Source of the DNA: Pseudobdellovibrionaceae bacterium
Lineage (GTDB): Bacteria > Bdellovibrionota > Bdellovibrionia > Bdellovibrionales > Bdellovibrionaceae
Length of the DNA stretch: 64,000 nucleotides
Assembly: GCA_039810425.1 (NCBI GenBank)
Contig: JBDHWW010000007.1
Coordinates: 21,929-85,928 of the forward strand
Reading direction: 5' to 3'
Shown here: positions 23,098-33,518 of the stretch, piece by piece
Position numbering within the stretch: the stretch's first letter is position 1
Layout: every line of letters begins with the position of its first letter
Position numbers and translations under genes: made by a program
The notes under the pieces: generated by a model
The model's database searches: none
Told to the model about the DNA's origin: nothing
The model's input: only the letters and a program-made list of their open reading frames with translations

Positions 23098-23622
23098 ATG
23101 GAACTATCTAAAGAGACTGTAAAACGTCCTTATGAAGTAATCGTTGTCGTTCACCCAGACGCGACCGTTGACGAACAAAAAGAGCTTTTCAGAAAAAACA
23201 AAGCCACTATCGAGGGCTTCAAAGGCTCTGTGTTCTCATTGGAAACTTGGGGTAAACGCACGCTTGCTAACCCGATTGGTAAGTTGAAGAAAGCTATTTT
23301 CTTCCATTCTTACTTCGAAGCAGACACTCAAGCGATCAACGAACTTGAGCGTACTATGCGCATCAACGAAAAAGTACTTCGCTTCATGCACACTCGTCTT
23401 GACGAGCGTACAGCGTTGGTGAAGCACGCAGAAACCTTTAAAAAAGGTTTGGCTGAATCAGCAGCACGTGAAAAAGAGCGCGAAGCAAAAATCGCTGCTC
23501 GCAAAGCAGCTTTTGCAGCAGCCAACTCTGAACGTGGTGACCGCGGGGATCGCGGCGACCGTCCAGAGCGTGGCGAACGCGGTGAGCGTGGTGATCGCGG
23601 CGATCGTTTTGAGAGGAAGTAG
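23098..23622 (+). CDS. rpsF: 30S ribosomal protein S6 with RGD/RGE-repeat tail
   Basis: RPYE..HPD, WGKRTLA.PI, ELERTMRINEKVLR. Confidence 0.95.
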   Translation: MELSKETVKRPYEVIVVVHPDATVDEQKELFRKNKATIEGFKGSVFSLETWGKRTLANPIGKLKKAIFFHSYFEADTQAINELERTMRINEKVLRFMHTRLDERTALVKHAETFKKGLAESAAREKEREAKIAARKAAFAAANSERGDRGDRGDRPERGERGERGDRGDRFERK

Positions 23623-23650
23623 TCTCTGACGAAGCTCGAGGGTCTTTAAG

Positions 23651-24544
23651 ATGAGAGTTAAACACTCGCCCCGAAAATTTCTGGCCATTTTTTCGATTTC
23701 AGTTTTGCTATCATTACTGACGGTGATTTTTGGGGCTCCTCTCATGCGCGTATTAAGAGTTACTTACGGCGCGCTTACTTATTGGCTCTTGGGTGTCGCG
23801 GTGGCGGCGTTCTTCTGGTTTATCGAGGCACCAGCTCTCGCACTCTTTGTAGGCTCTATTTGGATGACTTTAGGGGTTTACATGGAACTGGAGAGAAAAG
23901 GCCTTCGATGGACAACCTCCGCCCTCATTGGGATTGTTTCAGGCTGCTTGTTCTTTGCTGGCGCGGCCCTGATCAACCTCGATAAAGCAGGGGTGCATGA
24001 TCTTGCTGCGGCTAAGACCCTTGTAGAACAGTTCATCAACGACAAGATCGTAGCGATGAATCCTGGTTTGCAAATAGATGCCGGTCTTTTGGTCCAGCTC
24101 ATCCCATCAGCGATCGTCACTATTTTGGTAGTGGCCCTAGGTGTTGGGTTGATGTTTGAGAAAAGAGTTTTTTCCTGGTTGGATTTGCCAAGGGAAAGAG
24201 TGGCTTCTCAACTCAAATTGTTGGAATTTCGCCTTCCAGATTTTGTGATCTGGGTTGCGATGAGTGCCTTCCTTCTGACAATGGAGAACTTCAACGTGAA
24301 GGCGTTAGAGATTCTTGGATTAAATATCGTCAACGTTTGCACGGTGCTTTATTTCTTCCAAGGCTTGGCAATAATAGAGGTAAGCCTCAGATCTTTCAAG
24401 GCCGGTGCTTTGCTAAGAGCTGTGACTTATTTATTACTAGTCGGCCAATTGTTCCCAGCAGTGTGTGCAATTGGTCTGATTGATTACTGGGTTGATTTCA
24501 GAAAGCGCCTCAAAAAAATGAGGCTGGCGTCTGGGAAAAACTAG
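23651..24544 (+). CDS. DUF2232 (YybS-like) membrane protein
   Basis: Multi-TM, YFFQGLA and [12 protein letters not shown] motifs; usual position before rplI. Confidence 0.8.
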   Translation: MRVKHSPRKFLAIFSISVLLSLLTVIFGAPLMRVLRVTYGALTYWLLGVAVAAFFWFIEAPALALFVGSIWMTLGVYMELERKGLRWTTSALIGIVSGCLFFAGAALINLDKAGVHDLAAAKTLVEQFINDKIVAMNPGLQIDAGLLVQLIPSAIVTILVVALGVGLMFEKRVFSWLDLPRERVASQLKLLEFRLPDFVIWVAMSAFLLTMENFNVKALEILGLNIVNVCTVLYFFQGLAIIEVSLRSFKAGALLRAVTYLLLVGQLFPAVCAIGLIDYWVDFRKRLKKMRLASGKN

Positions 24545-24560
24545 AAATAGTGAGGATCAA

Positions 24561-25004
24561 ATGAAAGTTATTCTTTCAAAAGACGTAAAAGATGTGGGTA
24601 AAGTTGGCGATCTCGTTAACGTATCTGAAGGTTTCGCGCGCAACTTCTTGTTCCCAAGAAAGCTGGCTTCTGAAGCTACGGAAAAACGCGTAAAAGAGTG
24701 GGAACACTTGAAGCGCGTTGCTGATGCGAAGAAGAAAAAAGCGATCGCAGAAAGACAAGCGGTTTTGGCGAAAATCAGCGGTACAACTGTAAGCTTCAAA
24801 GTGGCTGCCGGCGAGAACGACAAACTCTTCGGTACAGTTACCACCACTGATATCTCTAAAGAGTTGGATAAAGCAGGTCACTCCGTAGACCGCCGCGATA
24901 TCCACTTGGAAGAGCCGATCAAAGTTCTTGGCCAACACAAAGCGGTTATCCGTATGGGTGAAGGCTTGGAAGCTAAGATCATGATCAACGTTGAGCGCGC
25001 GTAG
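24561..25004 (+). CDS. rplI: 50S ribosomal protein L9
   Basis: [29 protein letters not shown]. Confidence 0.97.
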   Translation: MKVILSKDVKDVGKVGDLVNVSEGFARNFLFPRKLASEATEKRVKEWEHLKRVADAKKKKAIAERQAVLAKISGTTVSFKVAAGENDKLFGTVTTTDISKELDKAGHSVDRRDIHLEEPIKVLGQHKAVIRMGEGLEAKIMINVERA

Positions 25005-25033
25005 TTCTGCCGTTGAACTAAGTTCATATTATG

Positions 25034-25066
25034 AAAGGGATCCTGGAAACAGGGTCCCTTTTTTTT
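25034..25066 (+). terminator. Intrinsic terminator after rplI
   Basis: AAAGGGATCCTG-GAAA-CAGGGTCCC stem plus T8. Confidence 0.85.
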
Positions 25067-25178
25067 GGACGTTCCGCCCTTGGTCACCGCGCTTGAAGAG
25101 AGTTCATTCCCACCGTATTTCTGGTGGAACTTGCGTGGTGATTTGCTATAACGAGGACGTTTTAACGGGAGAAAGCCA

Positions 25179-25583
25179 ATGAAAAAGCAAGTTATAGCAA
25201 CAGCGTTGATGGTCTTAACGGCTCCGAGTGCCTTTGCCGAGAGCTCACTTCGCCTGGGTGCTTATACAGGCCAAACAGGCGATGGCCGCCAGTGCGGTGT
25301 TCGCATCGGCCCGTCGGAGTTTCATGAAGGCAATACGCGTGTTGATTTTTCTTGGCGCAAAGACGGTGGCGGCTATGAGGCCGGCTATGTTGAGGTGAAA
25401 TCTGAAGACCAAAGAATCGTCGGAGATACCTTTATCGGCAAGTCGTCGTACGATATCGCTGTGGCGAAGCTGAAGCTAACGCTCGCTAGTGATGGCTCTC
25501 CAGTTGAGGCCAAGATGGGCCTCGGGATGTTCATAAAGTTTGGCTACGATGAAATCTGCTATGAGCTGATTCGGAACCTGTAG
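25179..25583 (+). CDS. Secreted hypothetical protein
   Basis: GGAGA RBS, signal peptide ending AFA, two Cys. Confidence 0.75.
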   Translation: MKKQVIATALMVLTAPSAFAESSLRLGAYTGQTGDGRQCGVRIGPSEFHEGNTRVDFSWRKDGGGYEAGYVEVKSEDQRIVGDTFIGKSSYDIAVAKLKLTLASDGSPVEAKMGLGMFIKFGYDEICYELIRNL

Positions 25584-25613
25584 TTCTTTAAATTTCAAGC
25601 ATCTTTGCTAGAA

Positions 25614-25805
25614 CTAAGAAAGCCGCTCTTTAGCGGCCAAAAGAACGTCTTGCAGGTACTCGGCCATGATCTCGCGCAAGTCTTCAGTAGTGAGCGTTTC
25701 TGCTGTTTTACCGTGTTGCTGCATGAGTGTCTGAAGCTCGCGGCGAATCTCCCCTTCTGGAAGTCCGGTCGCAAGAATGACCATCTCAAGAAGTGCATTA
25801 CCCAT
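25614..25805 (-). CDS. Small helical hypothetical protein
   Basis: GGAGG RBS (25811-25815, minus) before ATG 25805; 63 aa; downstream of dnaB. Confidence 0.7.
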   Translation of the reverse strand: MGNALLEMVILATGLPEGEIRRELQTLMQQHGKTAETLTTEDLREIMAEYLQDVLLAAKERLS

Positions 25806-25958
25806 GTTAGCCTCCATGCTTTGTGGGTTTGTCTTCATGACAAAATCATTGCACCAATCGGTTAGTCGGAACTCAACCAAATGGTGGCGCCTTCATCGGA
25901 TTTAGTCCTAGGTCTTGTCCCAATTCGTCCCCATGGGGGAAGTGCGGAACCGTGCTAG

Positions 25959-27374
25959 CTATGTGCCGGCACCAGGGGCGAAATTACGCGGTTTGCCTGA
26001 CATTGGCGGCGGCGCCTGCGGAGGCGGTGCCATGGTCATGGGACCCACGGCCTCTGGCTCTGGATCACGGAAGCGTGAGAACTTCGCATCGAAACGGAGC
26101 TTTACTGTGCCCGTCGCACCGTTACGTTGTTTCCCGATGATGACTTCGGCATGACCTTGCTTATCTGGATCATCTTTGTCGTAGTAGTCGTCACGATAAA
26201 GCATCATGATAACGTCGGCATCTTGCTCGATGGATCCGGACTCACGAAGATCCGAAAGCATTGGACGGCGGTCAGAACGGCCTTCCACGCCACGATTCAA
26301 TTGCGCAAGTGCAATGACCGGAATCTGCAACTCTTTCGCAAGAACCTTTAAGGCCTTTGAAATTTCGGAGACCGCGCGCTCGCGGCTTTCAACTTTTTGT
26401 TTCAAATCCATCAATTGTAAATAGTCGATCATTACGAGGTCTAGACCGTGTTGCGCCTTCAAACGGCGGCAACGTGCGCGGATCTCGAATGGGCTCACGC
26501 CCGGAGTATCGTCGATGAAAAGACTTGCTTCGCTTAAAGTCCCAGCGGCGCTGATGAGCTTCGGCCAAGAAGAATCTTGGATACGACCGGTGCGGATTTC
26601 ACCCATACTGACTTTTGCTTCCGCAGAAAGAAGACGCATCATCATCGATTCTTTGCCCATCTCGAGCGAGAAGTAAGCCACGGTCTTCTTCATGCGAAGA
26701 GCGGCGTGCTGGGCGATGTTCAAGCTGAATGCGGTTTTACCCATGGAGGGGCGGGCGGCGATAATCGTCAACTCACCTGGATGAAGACCCGCAGTTAGGT
26801 CATCCATACCTTTAAACCCTGTTGCCAGGCCCGTAATGTCTGCTTTGCGCTTAAAGAGCTCTTCGATTCTTTCGATGGAAGATTTTACGATCTCCATTGA
26901 GCCGACAAGACCCTGTTTGGCCTTGTTTTCGCCGACCTTCAAAACCTCGGCCTCGGCTTGGTCGATCAAGCTTTCAATATCAGCGTAGTCCTGATTGTAG
27001 GCACGCTCGATCAAACCATTGCTGGTTGCGATCAGGCGGCGAAGCAAAGACTTTTCCCGCACGATCCCGGCATGAGTTTGAATGTTGGCTGCTGAAATTG
27101 TTTTATCTAAAAGACTAACGAGATACTCTGGGCCACCGGATACCTCAAGTTCATCGCGTGATTGAAGCAAGTTAGTGACAGTGATGATATCGATCGGCTG
27201 GCTTTTTCCGTGGAGATCTTTAATCGCCTGATAAATCTTTTGATTTGCGGGCTTGTAGAAGTCGTCTGTATCAATCAAGTCTGCAACTTGGTCGAAGGCT
27301 TCTTGATCTAACATCAAGCCGCCGATAATCGACTGTTCAGCCTCCAGATGCTGAGGCGGGATACGTGCGCTCAT
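25959..27374 (-). CDS. dnaB: Replicative DNA helicase
   Basis: PPQHLEAEQS, AARPSMGKT, DYLQL, LRESGSIEQDAD, KQRNG; Pro-rich tail. Confidence 0.98.
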   Translation of the reverse strand: MSARIPPQHLEAEQSIIGGLMLDQEAFDQVADLIDTDDFYKPANQKIYQAIKDLHGKSQPIDIITVTNLLQSRDELEVSGGPEYLVSLLDKTISAANIQTHAGIVREKSLLRRLIATSNGLIERAYNQDYADIESLIDQAEAEVLKVGENKAKQGLVGSMEIVKSSIERIEELFKRKADITGLATGFKGMDDLTAGLHPGELTIIAARPSMGKTAFSLNIAQHAALRMKKTVAYFSLEMGKESMMMRLLSAEAKVSMGEIRTGRIQDSSWPKLISAAGTLSEASLFIDDTPGVSPFEIRARCRRLKAQHGLDLVMIDYLQLMDLKQKVESRERAVSEISKALKVLAKELQIPVIALAQLNRGVEGRSDRRPMLSDLRESGSIEQDADVIMMLYRDDYYDKDDPDKQGHAEVIIGKQRNGATGTVKLRFDAKFSRFRDPEPEAVGPMTMAPPPQAPPPMSGKPRNFAPGAGT

Positions 27375-27480
27375 AACCCCTCCTGAGACACGGTACTACC
27401 AAAAACTCTAGAACGACAATGCGGGACACTCATCGTAGTTAACCAAGGATGGCCCGCTGATGAAAAGTCAGGACGTTCTC

Positions 27481-27780
27481 TTAGTTATTTTTCTTAACAC
27501 GAATTTTGTAATTGTCGATTTTCTTTTTCAAAGTGTTGCGATTGATGCCTAGCATTTGCGCGGTTTTAACTTGGTTACCGTTGTAGGCGCGGAGTGCTAG
27601 CTCGAGCAGAGGTTTTTCAACCTGTTCAATAACGACGTTGTAAAGACCGTTCAGCTCTACTTGGGCTTCTTTTTGCTGCGCAAATAGAACTTCGAGCTTG
27701 CTTTTTACAAGCTTTTCGAGGCTTACAGATTGAAGATTAGCAACGAAAAGATTGTCTGAACTGTTCAGGTTCGGCGTCAT
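27481..27780 (-). CDS. fis: Stand-alone Fis-family HTH protein
   Basis: LY..VI.QVEKPLL..AL...NGNQVKTAQMLGINRNTLKKK. Confidence 0.8.
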   Translation of the reverse strand: MTPNLNSSDNLFVANLQSVSLEKLVKSKLEVLFAQQKEAQVELNGLYNVVIEQVEKPLLELALRAYNGNQVKTAQMLGINRNTLKKKIDNYKIRVKKNN

Positions 27781-27848
27781 GGAACTCCCACTTATTCAAA
27801 ATGTAATTTGCTGAAATCACAAGCCAGGAAACTTAAGCCGGCTTTTGA

Positions 27849-28502
27849 CTATACTCCGCGTTTTTCAGGAGACCAAATATACTTATGCAGTTGCAATTGC
27901 AACCTCGCAGATGAATTTTTTTGCAAAATAGTTTCTGCCAACCAGCGTTCAGCAATTTGACCGTATGATGGGCTGTATAAAACCACATATTTTTCAAATA
28001 AATCATGTTGACGACAGAATTCTTCTGACCACTCGAGATCCCCTTCAGAACAAATCACAAACTTGAATTCCGTGCTGGGAGCTGCGAAGCGGAGATTGTC
28101 TATCAGGAAAGAATCTGCAGCACCGCTATCTGGAGTTTTCACGTCGAGAATGACCTTCACCCGTGAATCCACATGCGCTATGCTCTTCGAGCCGCTGGTT
28201 TCTAACGAAACAATGTGGTTGTCATCGCACAAGGCCTTCATCAAGGCGTGTACGGGGCTTTGCAACAGCGGCTCACCACCCGTAATGCAAACATATTTTG
28301 TTTTGTGCGATTTAATTTCTTTGATGATGCCATCAAGAGACTGGTTTTCGCCTTCGTAGTAAGAATATTTGGTGTCGCAATAAGTACAGCGGAGATTGCA
28401 CGCGGTGGTTCTGACAAAAACCGTTGGGTTGCCCATATAGGTCGTTTCGCCCTGAATGCTGTAGAAGATTTCATTTATTTTTAATGTCAGGCTTTTTAGC
28501 AT
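27849..28502 (-). CDS. queE: 7-carboxy-7-deazaguanine synthase (radical SAM)
   Basis: EIFYSIQGE, CNLRCTYCDT, TGGEP, LQLHK. Confidence 0.9.
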   Translation of the reverse strand: MLKSLTLKINEIFYSIQGETTYMGNPTVFVRTTACNLRCTYCDTKYSYYEGENQSLDGIIKEIKSHKTKYVCITGGEPLLQSPVHALMKALCDDNHIVSLETSGSKSIAHVDSRVKVILDVKTPDSGAADSFLIDNLRFAAPSTEFKFVICSEGDLEWSEEFCRQHDLFEKYVVLYSPSYGQIAERWLAETILQKNSSARLQLQLHKYIWSPEKRGV

Positions 28503-28606
28503 GTTCCAGACCCTTGTCGTGACTCTATGTACCCAGACCATATCCTTAGGTCAAGGCCGGCTCCCCAAAGCTTTCCCTATTGTAATATGTCCTGTAAATT
28601 TTTGTA

Positions 28607-30991
28607 ATGAACCTCATTTTAAAAAAATTCCGTCATGACATTCTCGCCATCTCATTTCTTGGACTTGCGTGCTTCTTGGGTTTGGCGCTTGCGGGTTTTA
28701 ACCCGATGGATCCTTCCCTCAACTCGCTGGGGCAAGGGTTAAGAGCGGCGAATTACTGCGGAATAGTGGGGAGCTTTCTTGCCGATCTTCTTTATCAATT
28801 TTTCGGTCTGACTTCGTGGCTTTTGGTGGCGGGTTTTTTGAAGCTCGCAGTGGCGGGCTTCCGTCGCGAGGACGTGGATCTGAAGAACATTCGTTTCATC
28901 TTGGGCCTGTTGCTTATCATCAACCTATCGAGCCTGCTGTCGCTATACATGCCCGAGAAGAAGATCTTTGCGAATCAGATTTATCTTGGGGGGCTCTTGG
29001 GTTTGGGCGTTTCTCAGGCCCTATTGCGTGCGTTTAACTACGTAGGTGTTCAGGTGGTTCTTTGGAGCCTTTCTGCGGTTCTGGTGGTGTTCTACTCGGA
29101 AAAAACCGTGAAAGAGCTTGTTCGCCTGCCCGTTGAGGCTTGGAACGCCGTTTCTGGGTGGGGTGTTATAGCCCGCATCCAAAAAATGTTTATCTCTTCT
29201 GTGCCTAAGAAAAAAGGCAAAAAAGCTGCGGAACCGGCCTCCAGTAAGGGTTTTTTCAGCATGAAGAATGAAGAGTTTGTGGAAAAGTCTGAGGATAAGT
29301 CGTCACCTGCCCAAGACTTGTCTGCGGCGAAGCAGCTTCGTCTCGAGGACGGCGACGAGGAAGTCGATGGCAGCGATGAGACCTATGAAGACACTGAGAT
29401 TCCGGTGTCAAAAATACCCGCTAAGCGTAAAGTCGTTCTGAAGGCGCGCGTTCCCCAAAAAGTCGCTAATTGGCAGATGCCAAAGCTTTCTTTGCTCGAA
29501 GATCCTCCGGCAACCCGTATTAAAGTCGACGAGAAAGAGATCCGCAGAAAAGCGGATTTGCTAGTGGATAAGTTGAAGCAGTTCAATGTCGAAGGCCAAA
29601 TCGTTGCCGTAAAACCTGGGCCCGCAGTCACGATGTTCGAATTCAAACCCAACGCAGACGTGAAGCTCAGTAAGATCACGGAGCTTGCCGACGACTTGTC
29701 GTTGGCGCTGAGCAGCGAGTCCTTGCGTATTATCGCGCCAATTCCGGGCCGTGACGTCGTTGGTATCGAGACTTCGAATGCGCAACGTGAAACTGTTTAT
29801 CTGAAAGACATGCTGGCGGAAGATACGTTCTGGTCTGAAGATTTGAAGCTGCCCATCGCGCTCGGTAAGCAGGCCAACGGTGACCCGAAGATCGTCGATC
29901 TTCGTAAGATGCCGCACTTGCTCGTCGCAGGGACGACGGGCTCCGGTAAGTCAGTTTTCACCGTGTCTTCTATCACGGGAATGTTATTCAAGCACTCCCC
30001 TAAAACTTTGCGCTTAATTTTGGTTGACCCGAAGCAAGTGGACTTGGCGGCGTTCTCGCAAGTGCCTCATTTGATCATGCCGCCGGTGACAGATCCCAAG
30101 AAGGCCGTGTCGGCCCTTCGCTGGGCCGTGAAAGAGATGGAAAAGCGCAACAAATCGATGTCGAAGTTCGGCGCGCGTAAGCTCGAAGAGTTCAATGAAA
30201 TGGTTGCGAACATGCCGGCGGATAAAATTGCCGAGCATCAGAAGTTTAATGAAGAACTCGAAAATCAAGGCATCGCAAAGCTGGAACAGTACTACTACAC
30301 GCCACAACCTTACATCGTGATCGTGGTGGAGGAGTTTGCGGATTTGATGGCGGTGGATAAAGTGAATGTCGAACAAACGATCATCCGCTTGGCGCAGATG
30401 GCCCGTGCATGTGGCATTCACCTGATGCTCGCGATGCAGTCGCCACGCAAAGAAGTTGTAACGGGTTTGATTAAGACGAATATTCCTGGCCGCATTAGTT
30501 TCAAAGTTGCCGGCAAAATGGATTCGCGGATTATTTTGGATGAGATGGGTGCGGAGCGCTTACTTGCAAATGGGGACATGCTCTTCTTAGCTCCGGGCGT
30601 TTCAAAACCAATGCGTCACCACGGTCCCTTCTTGAAAGACCAGGAAATTAATGGCGTTGCCAAATTCTGGTCAGATCAAGCAGAGCCAGAGTTCGATCCA
30701 CTGGCGATGAAAGCACTTGATGGCTTCGCGGGTGGCGGCGGGGCCGATGGCGACTTCGCCGGGGCAAGTGGGGAGGGTTTTGATGACCAAGAGTACGACG
30801 AGCGTTATGACGAAATTCTTTCTTGGGCCGCGGACCAAAAAGAAGTGAGCGCGTCGCTCATACAAAGGAAGTTCCGCCTTGGCTATCCACGGGCCGCGAG
30901 AATTATTGAAATTTTCGAGAAAGAAGGCGTTGTGGGACCAGCCAACGGCAGCAAGCCGCGTCAAGTTCTTGTGAATAGTTTGAGAGAATAG
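28607..30991 (+). CDS. ftsK: DNA translocase FtsK
   Basis: N-terminal TM domain, MPHLLVAGTTGSGKS, gamma domain SASLIQRKFRLGYPRAAR. Confidence 0.97.
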   Translation: MNLILKKFRHDILAISFLGLACFLGLALAGFNPMDPSLNSLGQGLRAANYCGIVGSFLADLLYQFFGLTSWLLVAGFLKLAVAGFRREDVDLKNIRFILGLLLIINLSSLLSLYMPEKKIFANQIYLGGLLGLGVSQALLRAFNYVGVQVVLWSLSAVLVVFYSEKTVKELVRLPVEAWNAVSGWGVIARIQKMFISSVPKKKGKKAAEPASSKGFFSMKNEEFVEKSEDKSSPAQDLSAAKQLRLEDGDEEVDGSDETYEDTEIPVSKIPAKRKVVLKARVPQKVANWQMPKLSLLEDPPATRIKVDEKEIRRKADLLVDKLKQFNVEGQIVAVKPGPAVTMFEFKPNADVKLSKITELADDLSLALSSESLRIIAPIPGRDVVGIETSNAQRETVYLKDMLAEDTFWSEDLKLPIALGKQANGDPKIVDLRKMPHLLVAGTTGSGKSVFTVSSITGMLFKHSPKTLRLILVDPKQVDLAAFSQVPHLIMPPVTDPKKAVSALRWAVKEMEKRNKSMSKFGARKLEEFNEMVANMPADKIAEHQKFNEELENQGIAKLEQYYYTPQPYIVIVVEEFADLMAVDKVNVEQTIIRLAQMARACGIHLMLAMQSPRKEVVTGLIKTNIPGRISFKVAGKMDSRIILDEMGAERLLANGDMLFLAPGVSKPMRHHGPFLKDQEINGVAKFWSDQAEPEFDPLAMKALDGFAGGGGADGDFAGASGEGFDDQEYDERYDEILSWAADQKEVSASLIQRKFRLGYPRAARIIEIFEKEGVVGPANGSKPRQVLVNSLRE

Positions 30992-31065
30992 TCTCTCAAA
31001 CTTGACTCCGTTTCCGGACATGATCTGATTGTAATCCTTAAACAACAAGTTCAAGGAGGACATCA

Positions 31066-31638
31066 ATGTTTAAAGCAATCATCGCGGCTCTTGGTTTGGC
31101 AGTTACTGTTCAAGCTCATGCGGCCCCATCGGTTTTCGACGTCGTAAGAAATATTCAACAAGCGGCCATCATGGACCAAGCTCACACTCAAGGTTTGGAT
31201 TGGAAAGTTGGCGATTCAAATTCATACACTTTGGACATGGGTTTCATCAAAGGTTCAATGGTTATGACCATGAGACAAATCGCTGCTGACGGTTACTGGT
31301 TGGATCAAGATATGGATTTAGGCTTTGCTGGAAAACAAAAAGCTCAAATGCTTTTGGATCCAAACACGGGCGAAATCAAAAGAATGGTTGTTAACGGTCA
31401 AGACCAACAAATTCCAAAACAAAACATAGAAGTTGTTGAAGTTGTTGAAGACCACATCACTGTACCTGCGGGTTCTTTCGATTGCATTCATGCCCGCATC
31501 AAAGACAAAGACACTAACCAAGAAACAAATGCTTGGATCAACCCACAACTCATCCCACTTTCTGGCATGTTGAAAACAATCCAGCCGAGCCAATTTGGTC
31601 AAGTGACAATCGAGCTGAAGTCTTTCGTTAAAAACTAA
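31066..31638 (+). CDS. Secreted beta-rich hypothetical protein
   Basis: AAGGAGG RBS, signal peptide (AHA), ITVPAGSFDC motif. Confidence 0.8.
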   Translation: MFKAIIAALGLAVTVQAHAAPSVFDVVRNIQQAAIMDQAHTQGLDWKVGDSNSYTLDMGFIKGSMVMTMRQIAADGYWLDQDMDLGFAGKQKAQMLLDPNTGEIKRMVVNGQDQQIPKQNIEVVEVVEDHITVPAGSFDCIHARIKDKDTNQETNAWINPQLIPLSGMLKTIQPSQFGQVTIELKSFVKN

Positions 31639-32513
31639 TGAATTTGATATCGGTAAGAAGAGCTGCGCTACTTTGTGCGGCTCTTTTCTTTTTTCAGGGC
31701 TCCATTGCGGTTTCCGCCGAGAACAAATCTAAAAAAGCGGAGACCTCCAAAGATATTATCGAAAAAGCCTATAACCTGAGCTTGCAGAAAGACCGCTCCC
31801 AAGCGATCAATATTCTCGTTAATGCGATCAAGCAGGAAAATGCCGGCAAGGTAGATACGACGGAGTTAAGAAAGGCTCTGCAGCAGGTTTCTTACTTGTT
31901 CTATTCCGATCGCGCACAACAGGCCTATGAATTGGCGCTTTCTCTGCGCCGGACCGACCCGGGCCAAGCGCTTCAGAAAATGAACGAGGCGGTCAGAATC
32001 GAAAGTGACAATCTAACGCTGTTTAATGAAATGCAAAGAATGATTTTGATCAAAGGCGACTGTTCGGGGGTCTTGGAGAATGTCTCCAAAGAGCGTCTGC
32101 AGGATCCTTTTGATGAAAACCTGATTCTTTTGCAAGGCCAGGCCCAAGGGTGCCTCAATCAGTGGGATGAATATAAAAAAACCCGGGATCTTTTCGATAC
32201 AAAGAAATCCACTTTGGCTAAGTTTTGGCAATCGCTCGAAATAGACCTCGCGTTTTTTGAAAAGAGCTCGGGTCGCGCTAAAGATATGATTGCGGCCCTG
32301 CAAAAGATCGACGAGAAGTACCCTGAACTTCACTATTGGCAATGGCGCGTTGCAAGTAGCGTAGACAAGCCGCCTTTGGCGCAACGTTACCTCAAAGAAT
32401 GTAAAAACATGTCGGCAACTCTTTACAGACAGTATATGACAGACGTGAATCTCTGTCGTAGAGTAGCCGAAGTTGAGGCCGCTGCAAAAAGCACAAATGG
32501 AACCAATGAATAA
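31638..32513 (+). CDS. Exported TPR-like helical protein
   Basis: Signal peptide, helical repeats, start overlaps upstream stop. Confidence 0.65.
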   Translation: MNLISVRRAALLCAALFFFQGSIAVSAENKSKKAETSKDIIEKAYNLSLQKDRSQAINILVNAIKQENAGKVDTTELRKALQQVSYLFYSDRAQQAYELALSLRRTDPGQALQKMNEAVRIESDNLTLFNEMQRMILIKGDCSGVLENVSKERLQDPFDENLILLQGQAQGCLNQWDEYKKTRDLFDTKKSTLAKFWQSLEIDLAFFEKSSGRAKDMIAALQKIDEKYPELHYWQWRVASSVDKPPLAQRYLKECKNMSATLYRQYMTDVNLCRRVAEVEAAAKSTNGTNE

Positions 32514-32661
32514 AGCACTTTTAGCTACAATCATTGTTTTTGGAATTACCGCCTGCGGGGTGAAGGGGAAACCTTTGCCACCACTAGAACCGCCGTCCAT
32601 CGGGATTGGCGATCCTGTCCCCAACAAAAAAGACGAAAAGAAAAATTATCAGAAAAGGTGA
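32506..32661 (+). CDS. Small lipoprotein, LptM/YifL-like
   Basis: Lipobox ITAC then GVKGKPLPP (C-G-x-K-G-x-L pattern); immediately upstream of dapF, as known for this family. Confidence 0.7.
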   Translation: MNKALLATIIVFGITACGVKGKPLPPLEPPSIGIGDPVPNKKDEKKNYQKR

Positions 32662-32666
32662 TGTGA

Positions 32667-33518
32667 ATGGCTTTCTTGCCAATTCCCCTTGTGAAAATGT
32701 CCGGCGCCGGAAACACGTTTGTTTTAGTGGATGCCACCAGCAGATCCACTTGGCTCGATATCGAAAAACAATTGCGTATTAAGCGCATTCCATTTGTAAA
32801 AATGATTTGTGACAGAACGCTCGGCGTAAGTGCCGATGGTGTTTTGTTTCTGCAAGAAGGCGTTGATGGCAATGATTACGTTTGGGACTTCTACAATGCC
32901 GACGGGTCCACGGCTGATATGTGTGGAAATGCCGCGCGTTGTTCCGCTTTGTATGTGAATGAATATTTGAGTACGGCGGTGACCGGCACATACAAGTTTA
33001 AAACGGGGGCTGGCCAAGTGGTTGCACAAGTTCTGGGTGACGAGCGTGTTCGGGTTTTGATGCCACCGGTAAAAAGTTATCAAGAATTCAAAACCCTCGA
33101 GATCGACGGGCATCCGCACACGTTTTCTTATGTGAACTCAGGTGTTCCGCATTTAGTAATGCAGCTTGCGAACTACAAACATGCCGCCGACTTAAAAGAG
33201 ATGGCCCGCAAGGCCCGTCATCATAGCGATCTTGGAGCAGAAGGTGCGAACGTCACGTTCTACGTGCGCGAGAAAGAGAGCTTGATCAAAGCCGTGACCT
33301 TTGAGCGCGGAGTTGAGGACTATACCCAAGCTTGTGGCACAGGGGCGGTCGCGGCTGCCTATGTTGAGTTTATGAAATCAAAAGTTCGCAATATTGACGT
33401 CCACATGCCGGGCGGAATTTTATTTGTACAATTCCCCGAAGAGGGAAACCATCCCCTGATGACTGGAGAAGCGGTCTTTGTGATGGAGTTTCAATATTTC
33501 TATGAGGTGGTCGGATGA
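32667..33518 (+). CDS. dapF: Diaminopimelate epimerase
   Basis: KMSGAGN, NADGS.ADMCGN, ERGVE..TQACGTG. Confidence 0.95.
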   Translation: MAFLPIPLVKMSGAGNTFVLVDATSRSTWLDIEKQLRIKRIPFVKMICDRTLGVSADGVLFLQEGVDGNDYVWDFYNADGSTADMCGNAARCSALYVNEYLSTAVTGTYKFKTGAGQVVAQVLGDERVRVLMPPVKSYQEFKTLEIDGHPHTFSYVNSGVPHLVMQLANYKHAADLKEMARKARHHSDLGAEGANVTFYVREKESLIKAVTFERGVEDYTQACGTGAVAAAYVEFMKSKVRNIDVHMPGGILFVQFPEEGNHPLMTGEAVFVMEFQYFYEVVG

